Positions 47,592-60,657 of a DNA stretch of 64,000 bases are shown in pieces; positions within the stretch are counted from its first letter, which is position 1, and every line of letters starts with the position of its first letter. Below the pieces are notes generated by a model. It saw nothing but the letters and a program-made list of their open reading frames with translations. It was not told the DNA's origin and made no database searches. The DNA comes from a bacterium (GTDB lineage: Bacteria > Patescibacteriota > CPR2 > UBA1875 > JAJYID01): contig JAUSJO010000005.1 in the NCBI GenBank assembly GCA_030647205.1, positions 138,523 through 202,522 on the forward strand, in the 5' to 3' direction. Position numbers and translations under genes: made by a program.

Positions 47592-50500
47592 ATGTCAAAA
47601 AACGATTCTTCGCCCGCGCTGAAACAAAGGAAGTATTTTAACAAAACTCAGGAGGTATTGCCTTTACCGGACCTTTTAGAGATTCAAGCAAGAAGCTATA
47701 AATGGTTTGTCAAAGAGGGTATAGCCGAAATCTTTGAAGAACTTTCCCCGATAGAGGATTTTACAAAACAAAATTTGGAACTATCTTTTAAAGACTACTA
47801 TTTAGAAGAAGAGAAACATTCAGAAAAGACCGCCAAAGAAAAGAAGATGACCTATGAAGCTCCTATTAGGGTCAATGTAGAGCTTAAAAATAAAATTACA
47901 GGGAAAACCAAGTCTCAAGAGATATTCTTGGGTGACCTTCCCCTTATGACAGATAGAGGCACTTTTATTATCAATGGTGTCGAAAGAGTAATAATCAGTC
48001 AGCTTATGCGCTCCCCGGGTGCGTTTTTTACTAATGAAATAAATGCCGGCCGGAAGCTTTTCGGGGCAAAAATGATACCGGTATATGGCGCTTGGCTTGA
48101 GATGGAGACATCTTTGCAAGATGTCATTTACGTAAAAATAGATCGAAAGAGAAAATTCCCGGTAACAACATTGCTTAGGGCATTTGGGTATGACAGTGAT
48201 GAAGATATAAAGAAAGCATTTTCTTCTATCAACACAGATAAAGAACATGACTATATAGGCGCAACACTTGAGAAAGACCCGTCTTCAAACAGACAAGAAG
48301 CATACATTGAAACATATAAAAGAATTCGTCCTGGTGACTTAGCAACTGCAGACAACTCGAAATCTTTAATTGATGGGATGTTTTTTGATCATAGAAAATA
48401 TGATCTTTCCAAGGTCGGCCGATATAAAATCAACCAGAGATTAGGATTAAATCTTCCGGAAACAAGAGAAAATAGAATTTTCAGACTAGAAGATTTAGTA
48501 GAAGTTATAAAAGAAATTATCAAGCTCAACAACGAACAGGGTGAGGCAGATGATATAGACCATCTTGGAAACAGGCGCTTAAGAACTATGGGTGAGCTTT
48601 TGCAACAGAGATTTAGAGTCGGGATGCTTCGAACTGAGAGAATTATCAAAGACAGAATGAGTACAAATGAACCTGAAACTGTTACGCCGAGTCAACTTGT
48701 AAATGTTCGACCGGTTGTTGCGGCTATCAAAGAGTTTTTTGCCTCATCCCAGCTTTCTCAGTTTATGGATCAGACAAATCCGCTAGCTGAACTTGCAAAC
48801 AAAAGAAGATTATCAGCTCTTGGGCCCGGAGGTTTAACCCGTGAAAGAGCCGGCTTTGAAGTTCGTGACGTTCACAGAACTCATTATGGAAGAATTTGTC
48901 CTATTGAAACCCCTGAAGGTCCAAATATCGGACTTGTAAACGCACTTGCATCATATGCGTCAGTAAATGAATATGGATTTTTAGAAGCACCATATAGAAA
49001 AGTGCTTAAAGAAGTTAAAAATGACGGTAAGTCTGCGATTGGCGAAATAGCAAATGACACATACAAAGATGGCAGCAAAAAAATAGTCGCAATTGGAGAA
49101 GAAATTAAAGCACCGGCCGCAAAAGCACTAATGAAGGTTGACGCGAAAACTATCAAGGTAAAGCCAAAAGTAACAAAAGAAATAGTTTATCTTGATGCTC
49201 TGGAAGAAGATAAGTCAGTTATTGCTCAGGCAAAGGTAAAGATGGACGAAAAAGGATATTTTACCGATAGAATAATGTCTGTCAGACGAAATATGGAAGC
49301 TGATGAAGCAACGGCAGATGAGATCGATTATGTAGACGTTTCGAGTAAACAGGCGGTCAGTGTTTCGACAGCCCTTATACCATTTTTAGAGCATGACGCG
49401 GCAAACCGTGCACTTATGGGTGCAAACATGCAGCGTCAGGCAGTCTCGCTTGTAAAACCGGAGTCACCTGTTGTAGGAACCGGTGTAGAAGCTAACGCAG
49501 CTGAAGCTTCCGGCCAGACAATTAGGGCTAAGGCAAGCGGTGAAGTGACTTCAGCGACCTCAGATTCCGTCACAATAAAGTATGCCGGCGGAAAAGAAGA
49601 AATTTATGTATTAGAGAAATTTAGAATGTCCAACCAGGGAACTTGTATCAACCAGAAGACGGTTGTTGAAAAAGGCCAGAAAGTTAACAAGGGTGACCTT
49701 ATTATCGATGGTACGGCTACTCAAGATGGAGAAATCGCTTTAGGCCAAAATGTTCTTGTCGCTTATATGAACTGGCAGGGTGGTAACTATGAAGATGCCA
49801 TCATTATTTCAGAAAGGCTTGTTCAGGATGATAGATACACCTCAATCCATTTGGAAGAGTTCCCCATAGATATCCGTGATACAAAACTTGGCCCAGAAGT
49901 GATAACCCGTGATATTCCAAACGTTGGAGAAGAAGCTCTAAGAGATTTGGATGAAGACGGTATTATTAGAGTCGGTGCTGAAGTAACATCAGGCGATATC
50001 TTGGTTGGTAAGATTACAGCAAAGGGCGAAACAGAGCTTACTGCAGAAGAAAGACTGCTTCGGGCAATCTTTGGTGAGAAAGCCAGAGATGTAAAAGATT
50101 CCTCGCTAAAACTTCCGCCAAGAGGTCACGGAAAAGTTACAGATATTCGGATTAAATCCAGAGATAAAGGTGACGAGCTACCGGTTGGAGTTATAAAACA
50201 AGTATTTGTGACTGTCGCGCAGATGAGAAAAGTTTCCGTTGGAGACAAAATGGCAGGACGCCATGGTAACAAGGGTGTTATTGCCAAAATTCTTCCTGTA
50301 GAGGACTTACCTCATTTGGAAGATGGCACGCCGGTTGATATTGTTTTAAATCCGCTCGGTGTTATCTCTCGTTTGAATATCGGTCAGGTTTTGGAAACCC
50401 ATCTTGGATGGGCGGCAAAAGCGCTTGGTTATAAGGTTGCATCGCCGGTTTTTGAAGGAGTTAAGATTGAGAAAATAGAAGAAGAACTCGGGAAAGCCGG

Positions 50501-51083
50501 ACTTCCAAAGAGTGGAACCGTAAGACTTTATGATGGACGAACCGGTGAACAGTTTGACCACGAAACTACAGTTGGTATTAACTACATGTTAAAACTTTTA
50601 CACTTAGTTGACGATAAGGTTCATGCACGTTCTATCGGACCATACGCTATGGTTACACAGCAGCCGCTTGGAGGAAAAGCTCAAAATGGTGGACAGAGAT
50701 TTGGTGAGATGGAAGTTTGGGCGCTTGAAGCTTATGGCGCAGCGCATACATTGCAAGAAATGCTTACTGTTAAGTCAGATGATGTTATCGGCAGAAGCAA
50801 GGTTTATGAGTCAACCATTAAAGGTGAAGAGATAAAAGAACCGGGCATACCTGAGTCATTCAATGTTTTGACTAAAGAGCTTCAAGGATTGGGGCTTAAT
50901 GTAGAACTTCTGCAGAAAGACTCTCATGATAGGATCAAAAAAGAAGTAGATGCTGAAGAAGTTATTGAAAGCGAATATGAAGAAGATATAGAAGAACTGA
51001 AGGACGCAAAGATAATAGAAGGAAAAGGCGTTGATCTTCCTGAAGTAGACGTAACTTCAGACGCAGAGACAGAAGAAGAATAA
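47592..51083 (+). CDS. rpoB: RNA polymerase beta subunit
   Basis: [27 protein letters not shown] and GGQRFGEME motifs. Confidence 0.98.
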   Translation: MSKNDSSPALKQRKYFNKTQEVLPLPDLLEIQARSYKWFVKEGIAEIFEELSPIEDFTKQNLELSFKDYYLEEEKHSEKTAKEKKMTYEAPIRVNVELKNKITGKTKSQEIFLGDLPLMTDRGTFIINGVERVIISQLMRSPGAFFTNEINAGRKLFGAKMIPVYGAWLEMETSLQDVIYVKIDRKRKFPVTTLLRAFGYDSDEDIKKAFSSINTDKEHDYIGATLEKDPSSNRQEAYIETYKRIRPGDLATADNSKSLIDGMFFDHRKYDLSKVGRYKINQRLGLNLPETRENRIFRLEDLVEVIKEIIKLNNEQGEADDIDHLGNRRLRTMGELLQQRFRVGMLRTERIIKDRMSTNEPETVTPSQLVNVRPVVAAIKEFFASSQLSQFMDQTNPLAELANKRRLSALGPGGLTRERAGFEVRDVHRTHYGRICPIETPEGPNIGLVNALASYASVNEYGFLEAPYRKVLKEVKNDGKSAIGEIANDTYKDGSKKIVAIGEEIKAPAAKALMKVDAKTIKVKPKVTKEIVYLDALEEDKSVIAQAKVKMDEKGYFTDRIMSVRRNMEADEATADEIDYVDVSSKQAVSVSTALIPFLEHDAANRALMGANMQRQAVSLVKPESPVVGTGVEANAAEASGQTIRAKASGEVTSATSDSVTIKYAGGKEEIYVLEKFRMSNQGTCINQKTVVEKGQKVNKGDLIIDGTATQDGEIALGQNVLVAYMNWQGGNYEDAIIISERLVQDDRYTSIHLEEFPIDIRDTKLGPEVITRDIPNVGEEALRDLDEDGIIRVGAEVTSGDILVGKITAKGETELTAEERLLRAIFGEKARDVKDSSLKLPPRGHGKVTDIRIKSRDKGDELPVGVIKQVFVTVAQMRKVSVGDKMAGRHGNKGVIAKILPVEDLPHLEDGTPVDIVLNPLGVISRLNIGQVLETHLGWAAKALGYKVASPVFEGVKIEKIEEELGKAGLPKSGTVRLYDGRTGEQFDHETTVGINYMLKLLHLVDDKVHARSIGPYAMVTQQPLGGKAQNGGQRFGEMEVWALEAYGAAHTLQEMLTVKSDDVIGRSKVYESTIKGEEIKEPGIPESFNVLTKELQGLGLNVELLQKDSHDRIKKEVDAEEVIESEYEEDIEELKDAKIIEGKGVDLPEVDVTSDAETEEE

Positions 51084-51129
51084 ATTTATAGATTATTTAA
51101 GTAGATAACTTGAATGTAAGGAAAACCAA

Positions 51130-54100
51130 ATGATAAAGACTGACGATAAAAATCAAATATTCAACGCCGTAAAGATTTCCGTGGCTTCACCGGAGCAGAT
51201 TTTAAAATGGTCTCATGGAGAAGTGACAAAACCGGAAACTATAAACTACAGAACTCAGAAACCGGAAAAAGACGGTCTTTTCTGCGAGAAGATTTTCGGT
51301 CCGACAAAAGACTGGGAATGCTACTGCGGAAAATATAAAAAGATCAGATACAAGGGCATCATCTGTGACAAGTGTGGTGTTGAAGTCACAAGAAGCTTGG
51401 TCCGAAGAGAAAGAATGGGTCATATCAAACTTGCTGTTCCCGTTGCTCACATTTGGTTTTTGAAAGGTATCCCAAGTTCAGTTGGTCTCCTTCTTGAAAT
51501 AGGGGTTAAGGATCTTGAAAGAATAGTCTACTTCGCAAACTACGTAGTCACTGAAGTGGATGAGAGCGCAAAGAAGGGAATGATAGCTTCACTCGATGAT
51601 GAGCTAAAATCAAAAAAGAAAGTTATTCTCTCAGATGAAAAAGATGCAAAAGTGGCACAAAAAGAAATAGAAGATCTTGAGAACTCCAGAAACTCAGCTA
51701 AAAAAGAGATTGAAGAACTGAAAGAGAAAACTATCCTTACGGAGATGAAATACCGTGAATATTCTATGAAATACGGTCATCTTTTCAAGGCCGGTATCGG
51801 AGCTGAAGCAGTTTTGGAATTACTCAAAAAAATTGACATTGATAAACTTGTAAAAGAGTTGAGAGCTGAAGTTGACTCTGCTCATGGTCAGAAAAGAAAG
51901 AAATCTCTAAAGAGGTTGAAATGGGCTGAAGGATTTAAAATGGCCGGCCTCAAACCTGAGTGGATGATCTTTAGTGCGCTTCCTGTCATACCGCCGGATC
52001 TTCGTCCGATGGTTCAACTTGATGGTGGAAGGTTTGCCGCAAGTGACTTAAATGACCTTTATCGAAGGGTTATTAACCGAAACAATCGTTTAAAGAAACT
52101 TCTAGCTATGGATGCACCTGGCGTTATCTGCAGAAATGAAAAAAGAATGCTTCAGGAAGCAGTTGACTCTTTGATTGATTCAAGTTCAAAAAGAGAAAAA
52201 GTTTCTCAAGGTGCCGGGCAGAAGAAAAAACTTAGATCTTTGGCTGATATGTTAAAAGGGAAACACGGTCGTTTCAGACAGAACCTTCTTGGTAAACGTG
52301 TTGACTACTCCGGTCGTTCAGTAATCGTTGTCGGGCCTGACCTAAAGCTTCATCAGTGCGGTCTTCCAAAGATGATGGCTCTTGAACTTTTCAAACCTTT
52401 TGTAATCAGTAAGCTTATAATCGGCGGATTTGCTCATAATATTAAGAATGCTTCCAAGATGATAGAAATGGGAACAAGCGAAGTTTGGGACGCACTTGAT
52501 GAGATTATTAAGAACAAGTATGTTCTTTTAAACCGTGCACCGACCCTTCACCGTTTGGGTATTCAAGCATTCCAACCGGTTCTAATTGAGGGTAAAGCTA
52601 TCCAGATACATCCTTTAGTTTGTACGGCTTTCAACGCCGACTTTGACGGAGACCAAATGGCGGTTCATGTTCCTCTTTCGGCAAAAGCTCAGGAAGAAGC
52701 ACGGGATATCATGCTTTCTACGAAAAACATTCTAAAACCTGCAGCTGGTGAGCCCGTGATGAATCCGAGCCAAGATATTGTTTTGGGATGTTACTTCATG
52801 ACTTCTATCCGTGAAGGAGAAAAAGGCGAAGGCAAAATATTCGCTGATAATGACGAGGCTGTCTATGCATATCAAATGGGAGAAGTTGGACTGCTTGCTA
52901 AGATAAAAGTGAAAATCAATGGCGATGTATACGAAACAAGCGTTGGCCGTTTGAAGTTCAACGACATAATGCCAAAGGGTACTCCTTTTATCAACGAAGT
53001 GTTGAACAAAAAGAGGCTAGGAGAGATCATCAAGTCTGTGTTTGACGGCTTTGGTCAGGAAGAAACAGCAAAACTTGTAAACAACATTAAAGATGTAGGT
53101 TTCCACTTCGCGACTTTATCCGGCATATCCTTTGCCATGGGAGATCTTCAGACACCTAAAGCTAAAGCAGCGATTATCCTTGAGGCTGAGGAAAGAGTTG
53201 ATAAACTTAGTACGATGGCAGCTCAGGGTCTGATTACTGAAAATGAAAAATATGTAAAAAGTTTGGATCTTTGGGATAAAACTAAGACAAAAATCCAAGA
53301 AGAAATGATGAACGAAATAGACAAAAGCAGTCCTTTGTATATGATGATGGACTCCGGTGCCAGAGGTGAGGTCGGTCAGCTTACTCAGCTTTCAGGAATG
53401 AAGGGAAATGTGGTAAACGCAACCGGTAGAACTATTGAACTGCCTATTAAATCCAACTATAAAGAAGGATTTGACTCACTTGAATACTTCATCTCTACGC
53501 ATGGTGCTAGAAAAGGTCTTTCTGATACGGCTATCAAAACTGCAGATGCAGGGTATCTAACAAGAAGACTTGTTGATGTCTCACAAGATGTGATTGTTAC
53601 CGAGCAAGACTGTAAAGATACTGAAGGGATGGTTATATCAAGAGAGGAGAGCCAGGAAATTGGTGAGGACTTCTCAGCTAGAATTATCGGACGTGTGCTG
53701 GCTGAAAATGCAGTAAACACAAAAACCGGTGAAATAGTTGTCAAGAAAGGTGCGCTCGTAACGGAAGATGATTTTAGCAAAATTGAAGAAGCAGATATCA
53801 ATGAGTTAAAAATCCGTTCTATTCTAACATGTAAAGTTCACTGGGGAGTTTGCCAAAAGTGCTATGGTACAGATCTGGCAAGAGGCGGAATCATAAAAAT
53901 GGGTGAAGCTATCGGTATTATTGCAGCTCAAAGTATTGGTGAGCCGGGCACACAGCTTACTATGAGAACTTTCAAATCAGGTGGTGTTGCCGGAGCTGAT
54001 ATTACTCAAGGTTTGCCTCGAGTTGAGGAAATCTTTGAGGCTAGACCTCCAAAAGGTCAGGCATTCTTGGCCGAGATTGCAGGGAAAGTAGCTGTGACTA

Positions 54101-54867
54101 CCGAAGGTAACAATAAAGTTGTCAGGGTTGCATCTATGGTTCTTGAAAAAGATGAGTATGAGATGCAAGGATGTGAAATTATCGCAAAGCACAACAGCGT
54201 TGTCGAGGCTAAAGACGTGATTGCTAAAAATGCCAAAGGCAAAGCCATCAGAGCTAAAAATAGCGGTATTATCAAGATCTCAAAAGATAAAAACACGATG
54301 GATATAGTTAAGGAAGCTGAAGTCAAAGAGTATACAGTGCCGAAGAATGTTGGAGTTTTGGTACAAGATGGAGAAGAGGTCGTACTTGGCCAGCAGCTCA
54401 CAGAAGGTTCTTGGAATCTTCAAGATGCGCTTGCTCTCTTGGGTGAAAATGCAGTACAGAGATATATCACCACAGAAGTTCAACAGATTTATGCTTCACA
54501 AGGGCAGACTATCAATGATAAGCACATCGAGGTTATCATTAGACAGATGTTCTCAAGGCTTAAAGTGGAAGAACCCGGCGATACAACATTTGTTTCAGGA
54601 AACATAGTGTCACGTACAAGCTTCTTGGTAGAGAACAAAAGAGTCAAGAAACAAGGCGGCAAGATTGCAACAGCAACAAACCTTCTGCTTTCTATCACAA
54701 AAGTTTCACTTTCAACCGACAGCTTCCTTTCTGCAGCTTCATTTATGGAGACAAACAGAATTCTAATAGATGCTGCTACAAAGGGTAAAGTTGACAACCT
54801 TCGTGGTCTTAAAGAAAATGTAATTATCGGTAAACTTGTACCGGTAGGAACAGGATTCAAGGGGTAG
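51130..54867 (+). CDS. rpoC: RNA polymerase beta' subunit
   Basis: NADFDGD, zinc-binding cysteines and [12 protein letters not shown]. Confidence 0.98.
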   Translation: MIKTDDKNQIFNAVKISVASPEQILKWSHGEVTKPETINYRTQKPEKDGLFCEKIFGPTKDWECYCGKYKKIRYKGIICDKCGVEVTRSLVRRERMGHIKLAVPVAHIWFLKGIPSSVGLLLEIGVKDLERIVYFANYVVTEVDESAKKGMIASLDDELKSKKKVILSDEKDAKVAQKEIEDLENSRNSAKKEIEELKEKTILTEMKYREYSMKYGHLFKAGIGAEAVLELLKKIDIDKLVKELRAEVDSAHGQKRKKSLKRLKWAEGFKMAGLKPEWMIFSALPVIPPDLRPMVQLDGGRFAASDLNDLYRRVINRNNRLKKLLAMDAPGVICRNEKRMLQEAVDSLIDSSSKREKVSQGAGQKKKLRSLADMLKGKHGRFRQNLLGKRVDYSGRSVIVVGPDLKLHQCGLPKMMALELFKPFVISKLIIGGFAHNIKNASKMIEMGTSEVWDALDEIIKNKYVLLNRAPTLHRLGIQAFQPVLIEGKAIQIHPLVCTAFNADFDGDQMAVHVPLSAKAQEEARDIMLSTKNILKPAAGEPVMNPSQDIVLGCYFMTSIREGEKGEGKIFADNDEAVYAYQMGEVGLLAKIKVKINGDVYETSVGRLKFNDIMPKGTPFINEVLNKKRLGEIIKSVFDGFGQEETAKLVNNIKDVGFHFATLSGISFAMGDLQTPKAKAAIILEAEERVDKLSTMAAQGLITENEKYVKSLDLWDKTKTKIQEEMMNEIDKSSPLYMMMDSGARGEVGQLTQLSGMKGNVVNATGRTIELPIKSNYKEGFDSLEYFISTHGARKGLSDTAIKTADAGYLTRRLVDVSQDVIVTEQDCKDTEGMVISREESQEIGEDFSARIIGRVLAENAVNTKTGEIVVKKGALVTEDDFSKIEEADINELKIRSILTCKVHWGVCQKCYGTDLARGGIIKMGEAIGIIAAQSIGEPGTQLTMRTFKSGGVAGADITQGLPRVEEIFEARPPKGQAFLAEIAGKVAVTTEGNNKVVRVASMVLEKDEYEMQGCEIIAKHNSVVEAKDVIAKNAKGKAIRAKNSGIIKISKDKNTMDIVKEAEVKEYTVPKNVGVLVQDGEEVVLGQQLTEGSWNLQDALALLGENAVQRYITTEVQQIYASQGQTINDKHIEVIIRQMFSRLKVEEPGDTTFVSGNIVSRTSFLVENKRVKKQGGKIATATNLLLSITKVSLSTDSFLSAASFMETNRILIDAATKGKVDNLRGLKENVIIGKLVPVGTGFKG

Positions 54868-54944
54868 TAAAAGAGAAAGCATTGATTTTTCACCTCCAAA
54901 ATGATAAAATCAGAAAGTTGCAAATAAATTAAAGAAAATAAAAA

Positions 54945-55352
54945 ATGCCAACAATAAACCAGTTAGTTAAAAACCCAAGAAAGAGTAAGATTAGAAAGAC
55001 AAAGTCACCAGCTTTGGCTAGATCTTATAATGCCCTGAAGTCAAGGAACGTGAACGCGAACTCTCCACAAAAAAGAGGGGTTTGTATCAAAGTTTCTACG
55101 ACTACACCAAAAAAGCCAAACTCAGCTCTTCGAAAGATCGCAAGAGTAAGGCTCACTAACGGTATGGAAGTCACAGCTTATATTCCGGGGATTGGTCACA
55201 ATCTTCAGGAGCATAGTGTGGTTATGATTCGTGGCGGCAGAGTAAAAGACTTACCTGGTGTCAGATATCATATTGTTCGAGGGGCGCTGGATACTGCCGG
55301 GGTTCAGAACAGAAAACAAGGCAGAAGTAAGTATGGTGCCAAGAAAAGTTAA
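54945..55352 (+). CDS. rpsL: 30S ribosomal protein S12
   Basis: [11 protein letters not shown] and [12 protein letters not shown]; promoter TTGATT-17-TAAAAT at 54882-54910. Confidence 0.98.
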   Translation: MPTINQLVKNPRKSKIRKTKSPALARSYNALKSRNVNANSPQKRGVCIKVSTTTPKKPNSALRKIARVRLTNGMEVTAYIPGIGHNLQEHSVVMIRGGRVKDLPGVRYHIVRGALDTAGVQNRKQGRSKYGAKKS

Positions 55353-55365
55353 TTAGGAATTTAAA

Positions 55366-55842
55366 ATGCCAAGAGATCCAAGAAAAGTAGAGAAGAGAAT
55401 TATAGAGCCTGATGCACGTTATAACAGTGTATTGGTTTCGCAGTTTATAAACAAAACTATGTTAAATGGTAAAAAATCTGTTTCGACAAAGCTAGTTTAT
55501 GGAGCATTCGATATTATGCAGGAAACATTGAAGACTGATCCTTTGGAAGTTTTTGAAACTGCCATAAAAAATGTATCGCCTCAAGTTCAGATTAAATCAA
55601 GAAGAATCGGTGGCGCCACATATCAAGTCCCGATCGAAGTTAAAGGAAACAGAAAAACCCACTATGCATTTGCATGGATCAGAGATGCCGCACGGGCTCG
55701 CAAAGGCAAGCCATACGATAAATGTTTGGCTGAGGAAATCATGGATGCATATAACGCAACAGGAACTGCAATAAAGAAAAAAGAAGATACTCACAGGATG
55801 GCCGAAGCGAACAAAGCATTTGCTCACTTCGCCAGATACTAG
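55366..55842 (+). CDS. rpsG: 30S ribosomal protein S7
   Basis: [11 protein letters not shown] and [13 protein letters not shown] motifs. Confidence 0.98.
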   Translation: MPRDPRKVEKRIIEPDARYNSVLVSQFINKTMLNGKKSVSTKLVYGAFDIMQETLKTDPLEVFETAIKNVSPQVQIKSRRIGGATYQVPIEVKGNRKTHYAFAWIRDAARARKGKPYDKCLAEEIMDAYNATGTAIKKKEDTHRMAEANKAFAHFARY

Positions 55843-55928
55843 TTTAAAGTCATGAGACCCGTTAACTAGGAATTGGAGAGTTAATAAAATTCGTAGACTA
55901 ATTTGATTTTATAAGAAAGGGAAATATC

Positions 55929-58016
55929 GTGCCAAGGAAATATTCACTGGAGAAAATGAGAAATATCGGGATTATCGCCCACATTGACGCAGGGAAAACC
56001 ACTGTTACTGAGGGTATTTTGTATACCACTGGCCGAACCCACAAAATCGGTGAAGTTCACGAAGGTGAAGCGACTATGGACTGGATGGAGCAGGAAAAAG
56101 AACGTGGTATTACTATTACCTCTGCTGCCACAACTTGTTTCTGGAGAGATCATAACATAAACATTATTGATACTCCGGGCCATGTAGACTTTACGGTTGA
56201 GGTTGAGAGATCTCTGCGTGTTCTAGACGGCGCGGTTGTTATTTTTGATGGAAAAATGGGTGTAGAACCTCAGAGTGAAACTGTTTGGAGGCAAGCCGAT
56301 AAATACAACGTTCCGAGAATTTGCTTCATTAACAAGATCAATCAAACTGGTGGTGATTTCTATAAAAGTCTTGATTCTATTAAAGAGAGATTAAACAGAA
56401 ACGCTTATCCGGTTCAGCTCCCAATCGGTTTTGAACAGGCGATAAACGGTATCATCGATCTTGTAACCATGAAAGCTTACTCATACAAAGACTATACCGA
56501 CAAGACACTCACAGAGATAGAAGTGCCGGCAGACATGAAAGAGAAATGCGATAAATACAGAGAAGAGCTTCTCGAGAAAGTTGTCGAAGCAGATGATGCG
56601 CTAATGGAGAAATACCTTGGCGGAGAAGAGCTAACAGAAAAAGAGTTTATTCTAGCTATAAGAAAGAGTGTTTTGGCGGGAGGATTTTTCCCGGTATTCG
56701 GTGGAGACGGAAGAGGTGTTATCGTTCGATCTCTCCTCGATGCAGTTGTTGACTATTTGCCATCACCGCTCGAAGTTCCTCAAGCGCAAGGTGAAGATCC
56801 AAAGACCGGTGAAAAGATAGAAATTCAGTCAAACGACGAAGAGCCGTTAGCTGCTTTAGTTTTCAAAATTGCTACAGATCCATTTGTTGGTAAGCTTGCA
56901 TTTTTCCGTGTTTATAGAGGCAAACTTACAAGTGGAAGTTATGTCTATAACTCAATAACGAATTCAAAAGAAAGAATCGGCCGAATCCTAAAGATGCATG
57001 CAAACTCCCGTGAAGAAGTGAAGGAAGTTTATGCCGGCGAAATCGCTGCTGCAGTTGGCCTAAAGGGGACAACGACAGGTGATACTATTTGTGATGTTGC
57101 AAAACCGGTAATCCTTGAAAGAATTACATTCCCAGAGCCTGTTATCCAGGTTGCTATCGAGCCAAAGACAAAAGCAGACCAAGAGAAAATGGGTATCGCA
57201 TTATCCAGGCTTGGTGAGGAAGACCCAACCTTTAGGATTAAAACTAACGAAGAAACCGGTCAGACTTTGATTGAAGGTATGGGCGAGCTTCATCTTGAAA
57301 TTATCGTTGATAGGATGAAACGTGAGTTCAAGGTTGAGGCAAATGTTGGTAAGCCCCAAGTTGCATACAAAGAAACTATTAAATCAACTGCGAAGGTTGA
57401 AGGTAAATTCATCCGTCAGTCAGGTGGTAGGGGTCAGTATGGTCATGTTTGGCTTGAACTTGAACCGCTTGAGAGTGGTACAGGATTTGAGTTCGTAAAC
57501 AAGATTGTTGGTGGTTCCATTCCAAAAGAGTATATCAACCCGGTTGAAAATGGTGTGAAAGAAGCGATGACAAATGGTGTTGTCGCCGGATATCCGGTAG
57601 TTGATATGAAAGTAACTCTTTATGATGGTTCTTTCCACGAAGTTGACTCATCTGAAATGGCGTTTAAAATCGCCGGTTCTATGGCTCTTCAAGAAGGTGT
57701 TCGAAAAGCAACTCCTATTATTCTCGAACCTATTATGAAGATAGAAGTTATCACTCCGGAAGACTTTATGGGTGATGTCATGGGTGACATCAACTCCAAA
57801 CGCGGAAGAATTCAGAAAATGGAAGACAAATTCGGTTCAAAAGTCATCGATGCTCATGTACCGCTTGCCGAGATGTTCGGTTATGCTACAACTCTTCGTT
57901 CAATGTCACAGGGGAGAGCTTCATACTCAATGGAATTTGACCATTATGAAGAAGTACCTGGGAATGTTGCTGAGGAGATTAAGTCGAAAAGGGGCAAAGC
58001 AACACCAGAAAGCTAA
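55929..58016 (+). CDS. fusA: Elongation factor G with non-canonical G4/G5 motifs
   Basis: [18 protein letters not shown] and GMGELHL; str operon position; NKIN instead of NKxD. Confidence 0.97.
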   Translation: MPRKYSLEKMRNIGIIAHIDAGKTTVTEGILYTTGRTHKIGEVHEGEATMDWMEQEKERGITITSAATTCFWRDHNINIIDTPGHVDFTVEVERSLRVLDGAVVIFDGKMGVEPQSETVWRQADKYNVPRICFINKINQTGGDFYKSLDSIKERLNRNAYPVQLPIGFEQAINGIIDLVTMKAYSYKDYTDKTLTEIEVPADMKEKCDKYREELLEKVVEADDALMEKYLGGEELTEKEFILAIRKSVLAGGFFPVFGGDGRGVIVRSLLDAVVDYLPSPLEVPQAQGEDPKTGEKIEIQSNDEEPLAALVFKIATDPFVGKLAFFRVYRGKLTSGSYVYNSITNSKERIGRILKMHANSREEVKEVYAGEIAAAVGLKGTTTGDTICDVAKPVILERITFPEPVIQVAIEPKTKADQEKMGIALSRLGEEDPTFRIKTNEETGQTLIEGMGELHLEIIVDRMKREFKVEANVGKPQVAYKETIKSTAKVEGKFIRQSGGRGQYGHVWLELEPLESGTGFEFVNKIVGGSIPKEYINPVENGVKEAMTNGVVAGYPVVDMKVTLYDGSFHEVDSSEMAFKIAGSMALQEGVRKATPIILEPIMKIEVITPEDFMGDVMGDINSKRGRIQKMEDKFGSKVIDAHVPLAEMFGYATTLRSMSQGRASYSMEFDHYEEVPGNVAEEIKSKRGKATPES

Positions 58017-58123
58017 AAAGCCACTTGCAAATAAATCTAAATTCAAGTAAAATAGTTCGGTAACAAAAAATTTAAAATCTAAAAAAATAAACACAGCCAA
58101 AGGCTAAAAAAAGGAGAAGAAAT

Positions 58124-59305
58124 ATGGCAGAAAAATTTGACAGAACAAAACCGCATATCAATGTAGGTACCATCGGACACGTTGATCATGGTAAAACTAC
58201 TTTGACAGCAGCAATAACTTCAGTTCTTGCTAAAGAAGGTAAAGCAGAGGCAAGAAAGTTTGATCAGATAGACAATGCCCCAGAAGAAAGAGATCGTGGT
58301 ATTACTATCGCGACTTCTCATGTTGAGTATGAAACAGACAAAAGGCACTATGCTCACGTTGACTGTCCTGGACATGCTGACTATGTAAAGAACATGATTA
58401 CCGGTGCCGCTCAGATGGACGGAGCTATTTTGGTAGTTTCAGCTGCTGACGGACCAATGCCACAAACCAGAGAGCACATCTTGCTCGCAAGACAGGTTGG
58501 TGTTCCTTATATCGTTGTTTTCATGAACAAAACTGATCAGGTTGATGACGCTGACATGCTTGATCTTGTTGAAGAGGAAATCAGAGAACTTCTTACAAAA
58601 TATGAATTCCCTGGAAAAGACACACCTATCATCAGAGGTTCAGCACTTAAGGCGCTTGAAGGTGATGCAGACGCAGAAAAGGCAATTGGCGAACTTATGG
58701 ACGCTCTTGACTCATACATCCCTGAACCAAAAAGAGACATCGACAAACCTTTCCTAATGCCTGTTGAAGACGTTTTCTCTATCAAAGGAAGAGGAACTGT
58801 TGCAACCGGTAGAATCGAAAGAGGTTCAGTAAAAGTTGGTGACGAAATAGAAATCGTTGGTATTAAACCAACCAAGAAAACAGTTGTTACAGGTATTGAA
58901 ATGTTCAAGAAATCACTTGACTCTGGTCAAGCTGGTGACAATGCCGGTGTACTTCTTCGAGGTATTGAAAAGACTGGTATTGAAAGAGGACAAGTCTTGG
59001 CGAAACCAGGAACTATCACACCTCATACAGAGTTTGAAGCTGAAGCATACATTTTAAACAAAGAAGAGGGCGGACGACACACACCATTCTTCAAGGGATA
59101 TAAACCTCAGTTCTACATCAGAACAACTGACGTTACAGGTGAGGTAATCCTTCCTGATAAGGTAGAGATGGTTATGCCTGGTGACAAAATCGACATGAAC
59201 GTTAAACTTATCCAACCGGTTGCTTGCGAAGAAGGTTTGAGATTCGCTATCCGTGAGGGTGGACGAACAGTTGGTGCAGGAGTTGTTACAAAAATTACAA
59301 AATAA
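58124..59305 (+). CDS. tuf: Elongation factor Tu
   Basis: [17 protein letters not shown] and GSA; internal promoter TTGCAA-17-TAAAAT at 58025-58053. Confidence 0.99.
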   Translation: MAEKFDRTKPHINVGTIGHVDHGKTTLTAAITSVLAKEGKAEARKFDQIDNAPEERDRGITIATSHVEYETDKRHYAHVDCPGHADYVKNMITGAAQMDGAILVVSAADGPMPQTREHILLARQVGVPYIVVFMNKTDQVDDADMLDLVEEEIRELLTKYEFPGKDTPIIRGSALKALEGDADAEKAIGELMDALDSYIPEPKRDIDKPFLMPVEDVFSIKGRGTVATGRIERGSVKVGDEIEIVGIKPTKKTVVTGIEMFKKSLDSGQAGDNAGVLLRGIEKTGIERGQVLAKPGTITPHTEFEAEAYILNKEEGGRHTPFFKGYKPQFYIRTTDVTGEVILPDKVEMVMPGDKIDMNVKLIQPVACEEGLRFAIREGGRTVGAGVVTKITK

Positions 59306-59331
59306 ACTAACAGATAAAGCACATTAAAAAC

Positions 59332-59652
59332 ATGGCAGAAGAAAAACCAAAGCAAAGAATACGAATCAAGCTAAAATCATACGACCACAAGCTAATCGAT
59401 CAGTCGGCAAAGCAGATTATAGAAACGGCTGAGAGAAGCGGTGCGAATGTGTGCGGGCCCATCCCGCTTCCTACAGAGCGAAAGTCAATGACGGTTATCC
59501 GTGCATCAAACATCGACAAAAACTCAAGGGAGCAGTTTGAGATGAGAACACACAAGAGATTGATTGATATTACAGAGCCGACTCCAAAGACGATTGATAC
59601 TCTTATGGAGCTTTCACTGCCATCGTGTGTGAACATCGAAATCAAAATGTAG
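59332..59652 (+). CDS. rpsJ: 30S ribosomal protein S10
   Basis: [17 protein letters not shown] and [13 protein letters not shown] motifs. Confidence 0.98.
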   Translation: MAEEKPKQRIRIKLKSYDHKLIDQSAKQIIETAERSGANVCGPIPLPTERKSMTVIRASNIDKNSREQFEMRTHKRLIDITEPTPKTIDTLMELSLPSCVNIEIKM

Positions 59653-59672
59653 TTAGATCCAACTTATAAAAT

Positions 59673-59701
59673 AAAGAACCCACAGAAATGTGGGTTCTTT
59701 T
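59673..59701 (+). terminator. Intrinsic terminator after rpsJ
   Basis: AAAGAACCCACA-gaaa-TGTGGGTTCTTTT. Confidence 0.85.
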
Positions 59702-59815
59702 GTGCTTAGGAAATACAAGAAAACCATTGACAAAATATATAACTTATGATAGAATATCACATTCGGTTATCAAAAGGGTAACCGTGTTCGTCAAAATCGA
59801 CAATAGGAGGTTGCT

Positions 59816-60508
59816 ATGAGCAACAGCACAAAAAACACAACAGATCGCCACGTGAAAACGCGTGGGTTCACTATTCCCGCAGCCGGTTTCGCCCTCGGTG
59901 ACAGGAAAACCGGGATCGTATACATAAGGAATCACTCGGGAGAGGTCATCAAGCCCAAGACCAGGATTCTGGTCCGAGTCAGCGGTCCGAGTGCGATAGA
60001 TGTGGTAGTTTTCAAGCAGGAGAGCGGCCAGAAGAAAGGCGGCTGCGTAGTCGTCAACACGGTCGAGGATCTGTGTGCGCTTATGGGTATCAAACCCACT
60101 AAGCCGAGTGCTCCGAAGAGGCAGAGCAGCAGCAGGCCGAAAAGTATCAAAACGGCCTTCATGAATCTGTCCATAGACCACCAGTCACCCAGTGGAGCTA
60201 TCATGGGTATGGCTGTGGTTGACTGCGGCGAAGCAGGAGAGACCCCGATTTACTTCGTTTCTCACACGAACGAAGAGATCAAAAAGGGAACTTCGGTTGA
60301 GGTGACCTGGCTTAGCGGCAAGACTTTTGTCGTGAAGCCGGTGGATGAGGAAGTAGACAGTGTTACCACTGATGCTTCCACGATCCCGTCACTTCTTGGT
60401 GTGAATGTCGCCAAGTATGCGACCCCCAAGACCCTTCCCGTTTCTACCGAAAGATTGGCCACGAAGTATGGCGCTCGCAGGGGCGATAAGGTCGAGGTTT
60501 CGGCGTAG
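59816..60508 (+). CDS. Hypothetical protein, possibly two NfeD-like OB-fold repeats
   Basis: TTGACA-17-TAGAAT (59727-59755), SD AGGAGGT and terminator at 60528-60563; visibly more GC-rich than its neighbours. Confidence 0.7.
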   Translation: MSNSTKNTTDRHVKTRGFTIPAAGFALGDRKTGIVYIRNHSGEVIKPKTRILVRVSGPSAIDVVVFKQESGQKKGGCVVVNTVEDLCALMGIKPTKPSAPKRQSSSRPKSIKTAFMNLSIDHQSPSGAIMGMAVVDCGEAGETPIYFVSHTNEEIKKGTSVEVTWLSGKTFVVKPVDEEVDSVTTDASTIPSLLGVNVAKYATPKTLPVSTERLATKYGARRGDKVEVSA

Positions 60509-60657
60509 TTCGGGGATATCCCCCAAGAAGAGGGCCGGCGCAAATGCGCGCTGGCCCTTTTTTCTATGGTAATTTTTTAATAATAAATTGATTGACATGG
60601 TATTTTTTATGCTATACATTGAGGGAAACAAAAACATAAGCGTAAAAAGGAGTAAAA

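Noticed and set aside
4993-54867. Inteins or introns in dnaE, rpoB and rpoC
   Set aside because: Lengths and motif spacing are normal, and no splicing motifs or homing endonuclease inserts were seen
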